Source: Pseudomonadota bacterium
Lineage (GTDB): Bacteria > Pseudomonadota > Alphaproteobacteria > Rhizobiales > Rhizobiaceae
Length of the DNA stretch: 64,000 bases
Reading direction: 5' to 3'
NCBI GenBank assembly: GCA_038746275.1
Contig: JBCDKS010000018.1
Coordinates: forward strand, 13,863-77,862
The notes under the pieces are model-generated. The model searched no databases. It had not been told where the DNA came from and saw only the letters and a program-made list of their open reading frames with translations. The translations under genes were made by a program, and so were the position numbers. Of this stretch, positions 28,511 to 38,592 are shown piece by piece; the first letter of the stretch is position 1, and each line of letters opens with the position of its first letter.

Positions 28511-29641
28511 ATGACGTCCCAGCCCAGCGACCCAACCGACATGCGTTCCGGCATCATCAATGATCGCCGATTGCACGCTATGGTCGACCAAGGACAAGTT
28601 TCTACCCAAGGTCCGCTGGACGACGATCAGATCCAACCCGCCAGTCTGGACTTGCGTTTGGGTGCCCATGCTTGGCGGGTGCGAGCCTCTTTCCTTCCCG
28701 GTAAAGACGCTCTGGTGAGTGACAAGTTGGAGCGGTTTGCACTCCACAAAATTGATCTATCCAGCGGGGCCGTTCTTGAGACCGGCTGCGTTTACATCGT
28801 GCCGCTGTTGGAAGCTCTGGCATTGCCTAAGACCGTATCAGCCTCCACCAATCCGAAGAGTTCCACGGGACGGCTAGACATTTTTACCCGCGTTATCAGC
28901 GATTTTGCCGGGCAGTTTGACATGATCCCGGCGGGATATCGCGGGCCGCTCTATCTGGAAATCAGCCCCCGCACCTTCCCGGTCGTGGTGCGCACCGGGT
29001 CGCGCCTGTCGCAAATCCGGTTTCGGGTGGGGCACCCCACCCTAAGCGAACCTGAATTGGTTGAACTGCACGCAGCGGAAGGCTTGGTGGGCGCGGGCGG
29101 AGCCATGAGCGAGGCGCTGATCGACAATCGCGGCATTGCCATGTCGATTGATCTGACCGGCGATACCAACGGCTTGGTGGGTTATCGCGGCAAGCGCCAC
29201 ACCGGTGTTGTGGACGTCGACAAGCGCGACGCATGCGACGTGCTCGACTATTGGGAGCCGATCATCAACCGTGGCTCACGCGACATCGTGCTGGACCCGG
29301 ACGAGTTTTACATTCTCGTCTCTCGAGAGGCGGTACATGTGCCACCTCAAACGGCTGCCGAAATGGTGCCGTTTGATCCGCTGGTGGGGGAGTTTCGGGT
29401 TCACTATGCCGGGTTTTTCGATCCCGGCTTCGGCCACGCTGCCGCCGGTGGCGGCGGCTCACGCGCGGTACTGGAAGTGCGCAGCCACGAAGTGCCGTTT
29501 ATATTAGAACACGGCCAAACCGTCGGTCGTTTGATCTATGAACACATGTTGGAGGAGCCGCGGAAGCTTTACGGCTCAGACCTTAAATCCAACTATCAAG
29601 CGCAGGGGCTGAAACTCTCAAAGCACTTCCGCGCCGCCTGA
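28511..29641 (+). CDS. dcd: dCTP deaminase (alphaproteobacterial long form)
   Basis: QIQPASLDLRLG, NPKSSTGRLD, HYAGFFDPGFG, YQAQGLKLSKHF. Confidence 0.93.
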   Translation: MTSQPSDPTDMRSGIINDRRLHAMVDQGQVSTQGPLDDDQIQPASLDLRLGAHAWRVRASFLPGKDALVSDKLERFALHKIDLSSGAVLETGCVYIVPLLEALALPKTVSASTNPKSSTGRLDIFTRVISDFAGQFDMIPAGYRGPLYLEISPRTFPVVVRTGSRLSQIRFRVGHPTLSEPELVELHAAEGLVGAGGAMSEALIDNRGIAMSIDLTGDTNGLVGYRGKRHTGVVDVDKRDACDVLDYWEPIINRGSRDIVLDPDEFYILVSREAVHVPPQTAAEMVPFDPLVGEFRVHYAGFFDPGFGHAAAGGGGSRAVLEVRSHEVPFILEHGQTVGRLIYEHMLEEPRKLYGSDLKSNYQAQGLKLSKHFRAA

Positions 29642-29677
29642 CGGACACGTTTGCGCGCGCGAGCGCGTTTGCCAAAG

Positions 29678-29830
29678 TCAGCGCCCGGTACGGCTATAGA
29701 CCCGTTCGAGCTCCGCAATTTCCGTGTCAGAAAATCCAATTTTGCGGGCCAGTTGCGGCAAAGATTGATCGCGAGATGCGGGCATTGGCTCCCGGCGGCC
29801 GAGCAGCTGATCTGAAAAACGTATGTCCAT
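29678..29830 (-). CDS. Putative 50-aa small protein (absent from the ORF track)
   Basis: ATG...TGA frame read by hand (MDIRFSDQLLGRREPM...ELERVYSRTGR); GGAG 9 nt upstream; lies wholly in an intergenic gap. Confidence 0.5.
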   Translation of the reverse strand: MDIRFSDQLLGRREPMPASRDQSLPQLARKIGFSDTEIAELERVYSRTGR

Positions 29831-29952
29831 CCGTTCACACTCCTTTGTTCCCATCCCCGTTCACAAAATGGGGAGCAACAGGGTCAAAACAAGGCAAAAC
29901 TGGATGATGGGGGTCAGATTCAGGCCCTTGCAAATGCGGCATTTTTGCATTT

Positions 29953-29970
29953 TAGTTCATATATGAATTA
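29953..29970. promoter_or_regulatory. Palindromic operator, probably for the adjacent MarR regulator
   Basis: TAGTTCATATATGAATTA, a near-perfect AT-rich inverted repeat 36 nt before the ATG. Confidence 0.6.
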
Positions 29971-30006
29971 TTCAAATGACAATAAACGCAGCAGGAGCGG
30001 CGGTCG

Positions 30007-30510
30007 ATGATCGCGTTTGAGCAATCCCTGCCCATGCGCCTCTACCGTTTGCTGGACATGATTATGCCCGCCTATCGCGCTCTCTTTGCAGAGCACGATT
30101 TGACGGAGCAACAATGGCGGCTTTTGCGCGTTGTGTGGGAGCGTGAGCGTGTCACGGCGCAGGATGCGGCAGCTGCAACGCTGCTGTCACCGCAAAGTCT
30201 GGTGGGCATTGTCGACCGGCTGAGCGCCAAAGGCTTGGTGACCCGATTGCGGTCCGTGGATGATCGAAGGGTCGTCTACCTGCTGCCCACAGCCGAGGGA
30301 CGGGCTCTGGGAGAGACGATCCTGCCACACGTGCTGGCCATCCACGAACAAACGCGAGCAACATTGGATGACGACGAATGGACGACATTGAACGGTCTCT
30401 TCGACAAGATCCAAGACGAATTTTTAGAAGAGAGAACCAATGCCCGGGATACGCAAGCGGTAAGCCGGCGCAGGACCGAGGGACGATTGATTGGGAGGAG
30501 ACGATCATGA
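30007..30510 (+). CDS. MarR-family regulator (HpaR-like)
   Basis: LTEQQWRLLRV, SLVGIVDRL, DDRRVVYL. Confidence 0.9.
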   Translation: MIAFEQSLPMRLYRLLDMIMPAYRALFAEHDLTEQQWRLLRVVWERERVTAQDAAAATLLSPQSLVGIVDRLSAKGLVTRLRSVDDRRVVYLLPTAEGRALGETILPHVLAIHEQTRATLDDDEWTTLNGLFDKIQDEFLEERTNARDTQAVSRRRTEGRLIGRRRS

Positions 30511-32063
30511 CGGGCAAGACATCACCACGTTCCAAGGTAATGGCCGAACGCACGGCCTCGGATGTCACATCCGCCGCCGCTTTGGGATATGGATCGACCG
30601 GAAACGGCGTACGGACCGGCGCGCAGTATCTTGCAGGATTGCGGGATGGACGCGAAATCTGGACCCGTGGCAAGCGGGTGGAGGACGTCACAACCGAACC
30701 CGGCATGGCACGCGGTGCGGCCACATTGGCGTCTTTTCTCGACCGGCAAAGAGACCCGCAATGGCGTGATACCGTCACCTATAAGGACGCGGACGGCGAC
30801 CGCTGCGGGATGGCATTTCACATCCCCAAAAGCGTCGAAGACGTGAAGGCGCGCGGGCGGTCTTATTATGAATGGGCCAAATGGTCGAACGGCATGTTTG
30901 GGCGCACTCCGGACTACAAGAACGCCTCCATTATGGCGTTTGCGACTGCCACCGATTTTTTGGCGCAGGGCACGAAGGGCCGCACGGACTTTGCGGCCAA
31001 TATGAAAGCATTTTACGAGCACGTGCGCAAAAACGACCTGGTGCTCACCCACACTCTGGTCAATCCGACCGTCTCCCACCAGCAAGCGGTGGAGGGAAAA
31101 TACTCTGACAAAGTCGCCTTGCAGGTGGTGGACGAGACCAATGAAGGCATCATCGTCAATGGGGCCCGCCTCTTGGCCACGTTGGGGCCGCTCGCCGATG
31201 AGATTGAAGTGTTTCCCTCTACCGTGCTGCGCGGCTCGGCAGAAAACATACCGTTTGCATTTGCCTTCGCCCTTCCCATCGAAACGCCCGGTCTACGGCT
31301 GATCTGCCGCGATAGCTATGATCACGGAAAATCTCATTTCGATGCTCCGCTCGCCTCCCGTTACGAAGAGATGGATGCGGTGGTGGTGTTTGAAAACGTG
31401 CTGGTACCGTGGGAACGGGTGTTCATGTACGGACAGCCGGAACTCTGCAATCAGGCCTTCAACGCCACCAATGCTGTGGTCCATATGATGCACCAAGTGG
31501 CCTGCGGAAAATTGGCCAAGGCTGAGTTTATGGTAGGGCTGATGTGTGCCATCGCCAAGGCCACAGGCAAGGACAAAGACCTGCATGTCAAAGGCATGAT
31601 CAGCGAGGTCATGATGATGACCGAAACCGTGCGTTCGTTGCTGTTTTCAGCTGAAACCCAGGCCCATGAAGATCAATGGGGCAATTACATACCGCTGCGA
31701 AGCCCGCTCGATACATCCCGTAATCTGTTTCCGAAAATGTATCCCCGGATGGTGGAGATCCTCCAATTGCTGGGATCATCGTCATTGATGGCCACACCAG
31801 CCGAGGCGGATTTTGACAACGAAATCGCTGACGATGTGGCGCAATATTTCCAGGTGGCCAACCTGGAATCCCGCGATCGGGTCGCCCTCTTTCGGCTGGC
31901 GCATGATGTGGCGGTGTCAGGCTTTGGCAACCGGCAAGCGCTTTATGAGCGTTTTTTCTTTGGCCCCCCGGCGCTGATGGCATCGGCTTATTTTGATCTT
32001 TATGAAAAAGACCCGCTTGTGGGACGTGTCGACGCCTTGCTCAACAGTGCCGAAGGCGCCTAA
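30507..32063 (+). CDS. HpaB-family flavin-dependent aromatic monooxygenase, oxygenase component
   Basis: RTGAQYLAGLRDGREIW, GRTPDY, THTLVNP, GARLLATL, RYEEMDA, LYERFFFG; ATGA overlap with MarR. Confidence 0.9.
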   Translation: MTGKTSPRSKVMAERTASDVTSAAALGYGSTGNGVRTGAQYLAGLRDGREIWTRGKRVEDVTTEPGMARGAATLASFLDRQRDPQWRDTVTYKDADGDRCGMAFHIPKSVEDVKARGRSYYEWAKWSNGMFGRTPDYKNASIMAFATATDFLAQGTKGRTDFAANMKAFYEHVRKNDLVLTHTLVNPTVSHQQAVEGKYSDKVALQVVDETNEGIIVNGARLLATLGPLADEIEVFPSTVLRGSAENIPFAFAFALPIETPGLRLICRDSYDHGKSHFDAPLASRYEEMDAVVVFENVLVPWERVFMYGQPELCNQAFNATNAVVHMMHQVACGKLAKAEFMVGLMCAIAKATGKDKDLHVKGMISEVMMMTETVRSLLFSAETQAHEDQWGNYIPLRSPLDTSRNLFPKMYPRMVEILQLLGSSSLMATPAEADFDNEIADDVAQYFQVANLESRDRVALFRLAHDVAVSGFGNRQALYERFFFGPPALMASAYFDLYEKDPLVGRVDALLNSAEGA

Positions 32064-32071
32064 ACGACCCT

Positions 32072-33061
32072 ATGACAGAACCGAACTTTACCAACAGGGC
32101 GTTTCGCGACGCCCTGTCTGCATTTGCGACCGGCGTTACCATTATCACCACCCGTGATGAGGACGGTGCACCGGTGGGCATGACAGCATCCAGCTTTAAT
32201 TCCGTATCGCTGGACCCGCCCCTGATCCTATGGAGCGTCGGCAAGTCCGCTTTGTCTGCGGAGGCGTTTCGCAACAGTGAGCGATTTGCGGTCCACGTTT
32301 TAAGCACCGATCAAATTGCACTGTCCAACCGATTTGCCCGCAGCGGGACCGACAAGTTCCAAGACCTGAATTACTCCGATGACGATCATGGCCTGCCCGT
32401 GCTGGAAGGCGCCCTGTCGCGGTTTAGCTGTAAAACCCATGCGGTTCACGAGGGTGGCGATCATTGGATCGTGGTGGGCGAAGTGGTTGACCTTAACACC
32501 CAAGGCGGCGAACCGCTGTTGTTTGCCAAAGGGGCCTATGCCGGCACGCAAGACTTGATTTCGCAAACCGATACAGATGGCGCCCGGGCCGATGCGTCAG
32601 ACGGTGGTATCGATACGATGTTGGTCTATCATTTGTCCCGCGCCTACCATCAATTGAGCGAACAACTGCATGTTGCTGTGGAAGCGGAGGGCCTCACACT
32701 GCCGCAATGGCGGGTGCTGGCATCGCTTTATGGTGAACGCAGCCGCAGCTATACCGACCTCGCTGCCCGCACTTTTGTAAACACTCAAAAGCTCGACCGG
32801 CTGTTGGAAGAACTGGTGCAGGACGGTCTGTGCATCGTCTCCCGTTGCGAGGACGAAGAGGGAGACAGGGACGGGCGGATCATCAAAGGTACCGCCAAGG
32901 GTCATGCGCGTGTAAGGCCCTTGTTTGTGTTGAGCCAAGAGCAGGAAAACCAAGCGCTGAACACTGACAATCTTGATATGCACCAAAAACTGGTGAACCT
33001 GCTCGAAACCATTGTGGCCAATACAGGCGCAGCACGCGCTGGAACGGCCAAGGACGGCTGA
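32072..33061 (+). CDS. Flavin reductase (HpaC-like) fused to a C-terminal MarR-like winged-helix domain
   Basis: FRDALSAFATGVTIIT, GMTASSFNSVSLDPPL, EGGDHWIVVGEV; C-terminus LTLPQWRVLASL...TAKG. Confidence 0.88.
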   Translation: MTEPNFTNRAFRDALSAFATGVTIITTRDEDGAPVGMTASSFNSVSLDPPLILWSVGKSALSAEAFRNSERFAVHVLSTDQIALSNRFARSGTDKFQDLNYSDDDHGLPVLEGALSRFSCKTHAVHEGGDHWIVVGEVVDLNTQGGEPLLFAKGAYAGTQDLISQTDTDGARADASDGGIDTMLVYHLSRAYHQLSEQLHVAVEAEGLTLPQWRVLASLYGERSRSYTDLAARTFVNTQKLDRLLEELVQDGLCIVSRCEDEEGDRDGRIIKGTAKGHARVRPLFVLSQEQENQALNTDNLDMHQKLVNLLETIVANTGAARAGTAKDG

Positions 33062-33097
33062 GGTGTCGCGAGTTGGATCAGCGGTAGAAAGACGCCC

Positions 33098-33805
33098 ATG
33101 ATGACGCCTTATGTCATGGCTCCGCCACCGCAAGCCAGCCTTGCTGTGCAGGGCACCAGTGCCCGTTTTCCCGTGCGGAGAATATTTTGTGTCGGTCGCA
33201 ATTACGCGGAACACGTGCGTGAAATGGGCAATGACGAGCGCGAGCCACCGTTCTTTTTTTGCAAGCCTGCCGATGCGGTAATGGATAGCGGCAGCACGGT
33301 ACCCTATCCGCCAGACACGCAGGACCTGCACAATGAAGTGGAGCTCGTGGTGGCCATCGCAACAGGCGGGCGCAACATCGCGCCGGGTGCGGTGCGCAGT
33401 CACATATGGGGTGCGGGCGTGGGGATCGATCTTACCCGGCGCGATCTTCAAATGGTCGCAAAGACAATGGGGCGGCCTTGGGATTTTGCTAAAGGCTTCG
33501 ATCATTCCGCGCCAATCGGTGCCCTCAAACCGCTGGATGACGCAATGAGTTTGGACGCGGGCCGCATATGGCTGGCAGTCAACGGAACCGTGCGGCAGGA
33601 CGCGGACTTGGCAGACATGATCTGGCCGGTGGCGGAGCACGTCTCCAAACTCTCCTTCTCCATGGCGTTGGAACCCGGCGACCTTATCATGACGGGCACA
33701 CCGGCGGGCGTTGCGGCACTTGAGGTGGGAGATGCGGTCACGGCCGAAGTCGCCGGCATCGGCACGTTGTCGGTCACCATTGGACCTGCAAAACCAGACG
33801 ACTGA
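33098..33805 (+). CDS. Fumarylacetoacetate-hydrolase family (fumarylpyruvate hydrolase-like)
   Basis: RIFCVGRNYAEH, HNEVELVV, DLTRRDLQ, KGFDHS, TGTPAGV. Confidence 0.9.
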   Translation: MMTPYVMAPPPQASLAVQGTSARFPVRRIFCVGRNYAEHVREMGNDEREPPFFFCKPADAVMDSGSTVPYPPDTQDLHNEVELVVAIATGGRNIAPGAVRSHIWGAGVGIDLTRRDLQMVAKTMGRPWDFAKGFDHSAPIGALKPLDDAMSLDAGRIWLAVNGTVRQDADLADMIWPVAEHVSKLSFSMALEPGDLIMTGTPAGVAALEVGDAVTAEVAGIGTLSVTIGPAKPDD

Positions 33806-33913
33806 CTGTGTGTCTCCCACGGCACGGAGATGTGGGGAGAGACTTTCAAACATGTACAGCCGCTTGAATTTGGTTAAACACACAGCAGGATCGAAGTCTG
33901 AGGAGACAGTCAC

Positions 33914-34759
33914 ATGAAATTGGTGCGGTACGGAAAAGCCGGAGAAGAAAAACCCGGATTGATCGATGAGGATGGCGTGTTGCGCGACCTATCGCGGAAA
34001 ATCCCGGATGTGACCGGCGAGACGCTGTCTGACAAATCTCTCAAGATGCTGCGGGAACTGAACGTCAAGAAACTCAAAAAAGTAGATGGACGCCCTCGCA
34101 TCGGTCCTTGTGTGGGCGATATCGGGAAATTCCTGTGCATCGGGCTGAACTATTCCGATCACGCGGCTGAAACGGGAGCCGATATCCCTGAACATCCGAT
34201 CCTGTTTTTCAAAGCCAATTCGGCGATTGTTGGCCCCAATGACACGGTCAGCATGCCCCGCGGATCGCAGACCACTGACTGGGAAGTCGAACTGGGAGTC
34301 GTAATCGGGCGTAAAGCCAAATATGTGGCCGAAAAAGACGCGCTGAAATATGTGGCGGGCTACTGCGTGGTCAACGATGTGTCGGAACGAACCTTCCAGA
34401 CCAAGCTGACCGGCCAATGGACGAAGGGCAAAAGCTGCGACACGTTCGGCCCCACTGGCCCATGGCTGGTGACCCGCGACGAGGTAGGCGATCCGCAGAA
34501 CCTTGGTATGTGGCTCGACGTGAACGGCAAGCGTATGCAGACCGGTACGACCGCGACGATGATCTTCACAGTTGCACAGATCATCGAGCACTTGTCATCG
34601 CTCATGACCCTGCATCCCGGTGACGTGATCACGACCGGGACGCCTCCGGGCGTGGGCATGGGCATGAAGCCACCCGTCTACCTGCAAGAGGGTGACGTGA
34701 TGACGTTAGGCATCGACAAGCTCGGCACACAAAAACAGAAGGTGAAGCGGGATAAATAG
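33914..34759 (+). CDS. Fumarylacetoacetate-hydrolase family protein
   Basis: CIGLNYSDH, DWEVELGVVIG, NDVSER, KGKSCDTF, TGTPPGVG. Confidence 0.92.
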   Translation: MKLVRYGKAGEEKPGLIDEDGVLRDLSRKIPDVTGETLSDKSLKMLRELNVKKLKKVDGRPRIGPCVGDIGKFLCIGLNYSDHAAETGADIPEHPILFFKANSAIVGPNDTVSMPRGSQTTDWEVELGVVIGRKAKYVAEKDALKYVAGYCVVNDVSERTFQTKLTGQWTKGKSCDTFGPTGPWLVTRDEVGDPQNLGMWLDVNGKRMQTGTTATMIFTVAQIIEHLSSLMTLHPGDVITTGTPPGVGMGMKPPVYLQEGDVMTLGIDKLGTQKQKVKRDK

Positions 34760-34792
34760 CTCGCCGCACCGTCTGCCTTTCACACGCTTTGG

Positions 34793-34823
34793 GGCCACTC
34801 TTGGAGACGAGGGTGGCCTTTTT
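34793..34823 (+). terminator. Intrinsic terminator after the aromatic cluster
   Basis: GGCCAC...GTGGCC stem followed by T5. Confidence 0.65.
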
Positions 34824-34884
34824 CATTTCACATCTCCCCGCGAGAGCGTCCCGACTGCCTTTTGATACCTGCGACAGTTTCTAC

Positions 34885-34935
34885 TTGCGAATGGTTCGCA
34901 ACACGTTTGACTGTTGCGAACCATTCGCATAAATA
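34885..34935 (+). promoter_or_regulatory. sitA sigma70 promoter with two Mur/Fur-type boxes
   Basis: TTGCGAATGGTTCGCAA (34885-34901) and TTGCGAACCATTCGCAT (34914-34930); TTGACT-17-TAAATA (34907-34935). Confidence 0.8.
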
Positions 34936-34970
34936 AAGAGCATAGGTTTCGGCTTTCAGGAGGTACCGCC

Positions 34971-35891
34971 ATGTCCCCGATCAAACACTTGACCACCACA
35001 TTGTGCAGCGCAGTCTTGATGTTGGCGATCAGTGCGGGTGCATGGGCGCTTCCCGCGGCGGCGCAGGACAAGTTTAAGGCCGTTACTACCTTTACGGTCA
35101 TCGCGGACATGGCGCGCAACGTGGCTGGCGATGCAGCCATTGTTGAATCCATCACCAAGCCCGGCGCGGAAATCCACGGCTATCAACCCACCCCCCGCGA
35201 TATTTTAAAAGCGCAGGACGCAGATCTAATTTTTTGGAACGGGCTCAATCTGGAACTTTGGTTTGAGCAATTTTTCCGCAATTTGCGGGATGTGCCGAGT
35301 GTGACCGTCACCGATGGTGTTGTGCCCATGAGCATCGTGGAGGGACCCTATACCGGCAAGCCAAACCCGCACGCCTGGATGGCGCTGGAATCCGCCATCA
35401 TCTATGTCGACAACATTCGTGATGGGTTCATTACCCACGATCCCGACAACGCAGACACGTACCGTGCCAATGCAGAACGTTATAAGGATGAAATTCGCGG
35501 CGCCATCGCTCCCCTGCGCGAAGCGATCATGGCACTGCCGGAAGAGCAACGATGGCTGGTATCCAGCGAGGGCGCCTTCACCTATCTGGCGCGGGACTTC
35601 GGTCTAAAAGAACTGTTTTTGTGGCCAATCAATGCCGACCAGCAAGGCACGCCGCAACAGGTGCGCAAAGTGATCGATACTGTGCGGGCCAACAACATCC
35701 CGGTGGTCTTTTCAGAAAGCACGGTGCCCGCCGCACCGGCGCAACAGGTCGCTCGGGAGACCGGTGCCCGGTATGGCGGTATTCTTTATGTAGACTCCTT
35801 GAGTGCTCCTGATGGGCCGGTACCAACCTATTTGGACCTCCTCAAGATCACGTCTCAGACGATCTTGGAAGGGCTCACCGAAGGCTCATAA
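34971..35891 (+). CDS. sitA: Mn/Fe ABC transporter substrate-binding protein
   Basis: [43 protein letters not shown]. Confidence 0.92.
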   Translation: MSPIKHLTTTLCSAVLMLAISAGAWALPAAAQDKFKAVTTFTVIADMARNVAGDAAIVESITKPGAEIHGYQPTPRDILKAQDADLIFWNGLNLELWFEQFFRNLRDVPSVTVTDGVVPMSIVEGPYTGKPNPHAWMALESAIIYVDNIRDGFITHDPDNADTYRANAERYKDEIRGAIAPLREAIMALPEEQRWLVSSEGAFTYLARDFGLKELFLWPINADQQGTPQQVRKVIDTVRANNIPVVFSESTVPAAPAQQVARETGARYGGILYVDSLSAPDGPVPTYLDLLKITSQTILEGLTEGS

Positions 35892-36814
35892 TGGCTCAAA
35901 CCATGTCGCTTCCAGCTGACACTGCCCTGAACCCGATTGCTCCCCCAGACCAATCGGGTTTGTCTGTTTCCAACATTACGGTCACGTATCGAAACGGGCA
36001 CACCGCGCTTCGCGATGCAAGTTTTCACATCCCAACCGGCACGATCACCGCGCTCGTTGGGGTGAACGGGTCAGGCAAATCGACCTTGTTTAAGTCAATC
36101 ATGGGGCTTGCCCCGCTGGGTCACGGCACGATCTCCATTTTGGGTCAGGACGTGAAATCCGCGCTTAAAAACAATCTGGTGGCTTACGTGCCGCAGGCGG
36201 AAGAGGTGGATTGGTCGTTTCCGGTTCTTGTGGAAGATGTCGTGATGATGGGCCGTTACGGCCACATGAACTTCATGCGCCGTCCGCGCGCTGTCGATCA
36301 CGCCGCTGTAGATGAGGCCCTCGACCGCGTCGGCATGAGCGACTACCGCACGCGGCAAATTGGCGAACTGTCAGGTGGTCAAAAGAAACGCGTGTTCCTG
36401 GCCCGTGCACTGGCCCAAGACGGACGGGTGATCTTGCTTGATGAGCCGTTTACCGGTGTCGACGTGAAGACCGAAGACGCCATCATCGCGTTGCTTCAAT
36501 CCATGCGCGACGAAGGCCGCGTGATGCTGGTTGCCACGCACAATCTGGGCAGCGTGCCGGAGTTTTGCGACCGCACAGTGCTCATCAAAGGGACTGTGCT
36601 TGCCCACGGGCCAACGCCCGAAGTGTTTACGCAAGACAATTTGCAACACGCCTTCGGCGGTGTGTTGCGCCACTTCGTGCTCGGCGGAACAGACCTGCAC
36701 CACGACGATGACGACACACGACAGATCACCGTTATCAGCGATGACGAGCGGCCTTTCGTTGTCTACGACGAGAAAGGCGCGGATACAGAACCCGAACCGG
36801 ATCGCAAGCAGTGA
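35891..36814 (+). CDS. sitB: Mn/Fe ABC transporter ATP-binding protein
   Basis: [36 protein letters not shown]. Confidence 0.92.
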   Translation: MAQTMSLPADTALNPIAPPDQSGLSVSNITVTYRNGHTALRDASFHIPTGTITALVGVNGSGKSTLFKSIMGLAPLGHGTISILGQDVKSALKNNLVAYVPQAEEVDWSFPVLVEDVVMMGRYGHMNFMRRPRAVDHAAVDEALDRVGMSDYRTRQIGELSGGQKKRVFLARALAQDGRVILLDEPFTGVDVKTEDAIIALLQSMRDEGRVMLVATHNLGSVPEFCDRTVLIKGTVLAHGPTPEVFTQDNLQHAFGGVLRHFVLGGTDLHHDDDDTRQITVISDDERPFVVYDEKGADTEPEPDRKQ

Positions 36815-37704
36815 TGGACACGCTGCTGCAACCTTTTGCCTATTCCTACATGGTGAACGCCATCTGGGTGAGCGCATTGGTGGGCAGCGTCTGCGCGTTT
36901 CTATCGGTCTATTTGATGTTGAAGGGCTGGTCTTTGATCGGCGATGCGCTCAGCCATTCCATCGTGCCCGGAGTGGCGGGCGCCTATATGTTGGGCTTGC
37001 CTTTCGCTTTTGGTGCGTTTTTCTCCGGCGGCTTGGCGGCGGCGGCCATGCTGTTTTTAAACCAGCGTACACGGCTCAAGGAAGACGCCATTATCGGCCT
37101 CATTTTCACGTCGTTTTTCGGGCTGGGGCTGTTCATGATCTCATTGTCTCCAAGTTCGGTGAACATCCAAACGATCACGCTTGGCAATATTCTGGCCATC
37201 ACGCCCGAAGACACGCTTCAGCTGGTGATTATTGCCGGCGTTTCCTTCGCGGTCCTGTTGCTCAAGTGGCGGGATTTCATGGTCACGTTTTTTGACGAAA
37301 TCCATGCCCGGTCCATCGGGCTCAACCCGGACCTATTGCGGGTCGTGTTTTTTACACTTTTATCGGCCTGCACCGTTGCCGCACTGCAAACGGTGGGCGC
37401 TTTTTTGGTGATTGCCATGGTGGTAACACCCGGAGCGACGGCCTACTTGCTCGCGGATCGCTTTGAGCGGTTATTGATGATCAGCACAGCGATTGGCGCC
37501 GGGACCGCCGCTTTCGGCGCGTATATCAGTTTCTTTCTCAACGGGGCGACAGGTGGGATCATCGTTTGCCTGCAGGCGTCGCTGTTTCTTTTGGCTTTCT
37601 TTTTTGCGCCGAAGCACGGCATGTTGGCCGCCCGCAGGAAAGCCGCTACCGCGCTTTCGCCGGACCAACAGAGCGATAGGGCACTGCAAGAGGTAAGCCC
37701 ATGA
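36811..37704 (+). CDS. sitC: Mn/Fe ABC transporter permease
   Basis: [34 protein letters not shown]. Confidence 0.9.
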   Translation: MMDTLLQPFAYSYMVNAIWVSALVGSVCAFLSVYLMLKGWSLIGDALSHSIVPGVAGAYMLGLPFAFGAFFSGGLAAAAMLFLNQRTRLKEDAIIGLIFTSFFGLGLFMISLSPSSVNIQTITLGNILAITPEDTLQLVIIAGVSFAVLLLKWRDFMVTFFDEIHARSIGLNPDLLRVVFFTLLSACTVAALQTVGAFLVIAMVVTPGATAYLLADRFERLLMISTAIGAGTAAFGAYISFFLNGATGGIIVCLQASLFLLAFFFAPKHGMLAARRKAATALSPDQQSDRALQEVSP

Positions 37705-38528
37705 GCGTGTTTGAAAACCTCGCCTTACCGTTTCAGTTTTCGTTCATGACCAATGCACTGATCATATCGGTGCTGATTGCGGTGCCGGCCGCACTTCTGT
37801 CTTGTCTGTTGGTCCTTAAAGGTTGGTCCCTGATGGGGGATGCCATAAGCCACGCTGTGCTGCCGGGCATCGTGATCGCTTATCTGATCAACATTCCGTT
37901 CGTTATCGGCGCGTTTGTGGCCGGTATGATTTGTGCTCTGCTGACCGGGTTCTTGAAGGAAAACAGCCGGGTCAAACAGGACACCGTCATGGGTGTGGTG
38001 TTTTCGGGCATGTTTGCCGTTGGGCTCGTGCTCTACACCAGCATCCAATCCGATGTACATCTCGACCACATTTTGTTTGGCAATATGCTGGGTGTCGGCT
38101 TGGCTGATATTCGTACCAGCGGTGTGATCGCACTGATCGTCACAGGCATCCTGATGGTGCGCTGGCGCGATCTCGTCTTACACGCCTTTGATCCGGTGCA
38201 GGCAAAGGTCGCCAATTTGCCGGTGCAGGTAATCCACTACGGCCTGCTGACCCTTCTATCATTGACGATCGTTGCGGCCCTCAAGGCCGTCGGGATCATT
38301 CTCACAATCGCCCTGTTGATCGCGCCGGGCGCAATTGCATTTTTGGTCACGCGCACGTTTCGACACATGATGATCGTGGCAGTAGCCGTCTCTGTCGCAT
38401 CTTCCTTGAGCGGTATTTATCTCAGCTTCTTCATAGACAGCGCACCGGCACCCACCATCGTTTTGGTGCTCACCATCGCCTTCATCATCGCGTTCATCAT
38501 CACCAATCGTCGCGCCCATTTGGCATGA
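37701..38528 (+). CDS. sitD: Mn/Fe ABC transporter permease
   Basis: LKGWSLMGDAISHAVLPG, KQDTVMG, HILFGNMLG. Confidence 0.9.
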   Translation: MSVFENLALPFQFSFMTNALIISVLIAVPAALLSCLLVLKGWSLMGDAISHAVLPGIVIAYLINIPFVIGAFVAGMICALLTGFLKENSRVKQDTVMGVVFSGMFAVGLVLYTSIQSDVHLDHILFGNMLGVGLADIRTSGVIALIVTGILMVRWRDLVLHAFDPVQAKVANLPVQVIHYGLLTLLSLTIVAALKAVGIILTIALLIAPGAIAFLVTRTFRHMMIVAVAVSVASSLSGIYLSFFIDSAPAPTIVLVLTIAFIIAFIITNRRAHLA

Positions 38529-38562
38529 AAAAAACCCGCCGGTCCTTACGGTCCGGCGGGTT
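38528..38562 (-). terminator. Intrinsic terminator for infB, between convergent operons
   Basis: AACCCGCCGG-N10-CCGGCGGGTT preceded by an A7 run, i.e. a U tract on the minus strand. Confidence 0.8.
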
Positions 38563-38592
38563 GGTATCTGTGAATGCGACTGGGCGCTTGGT

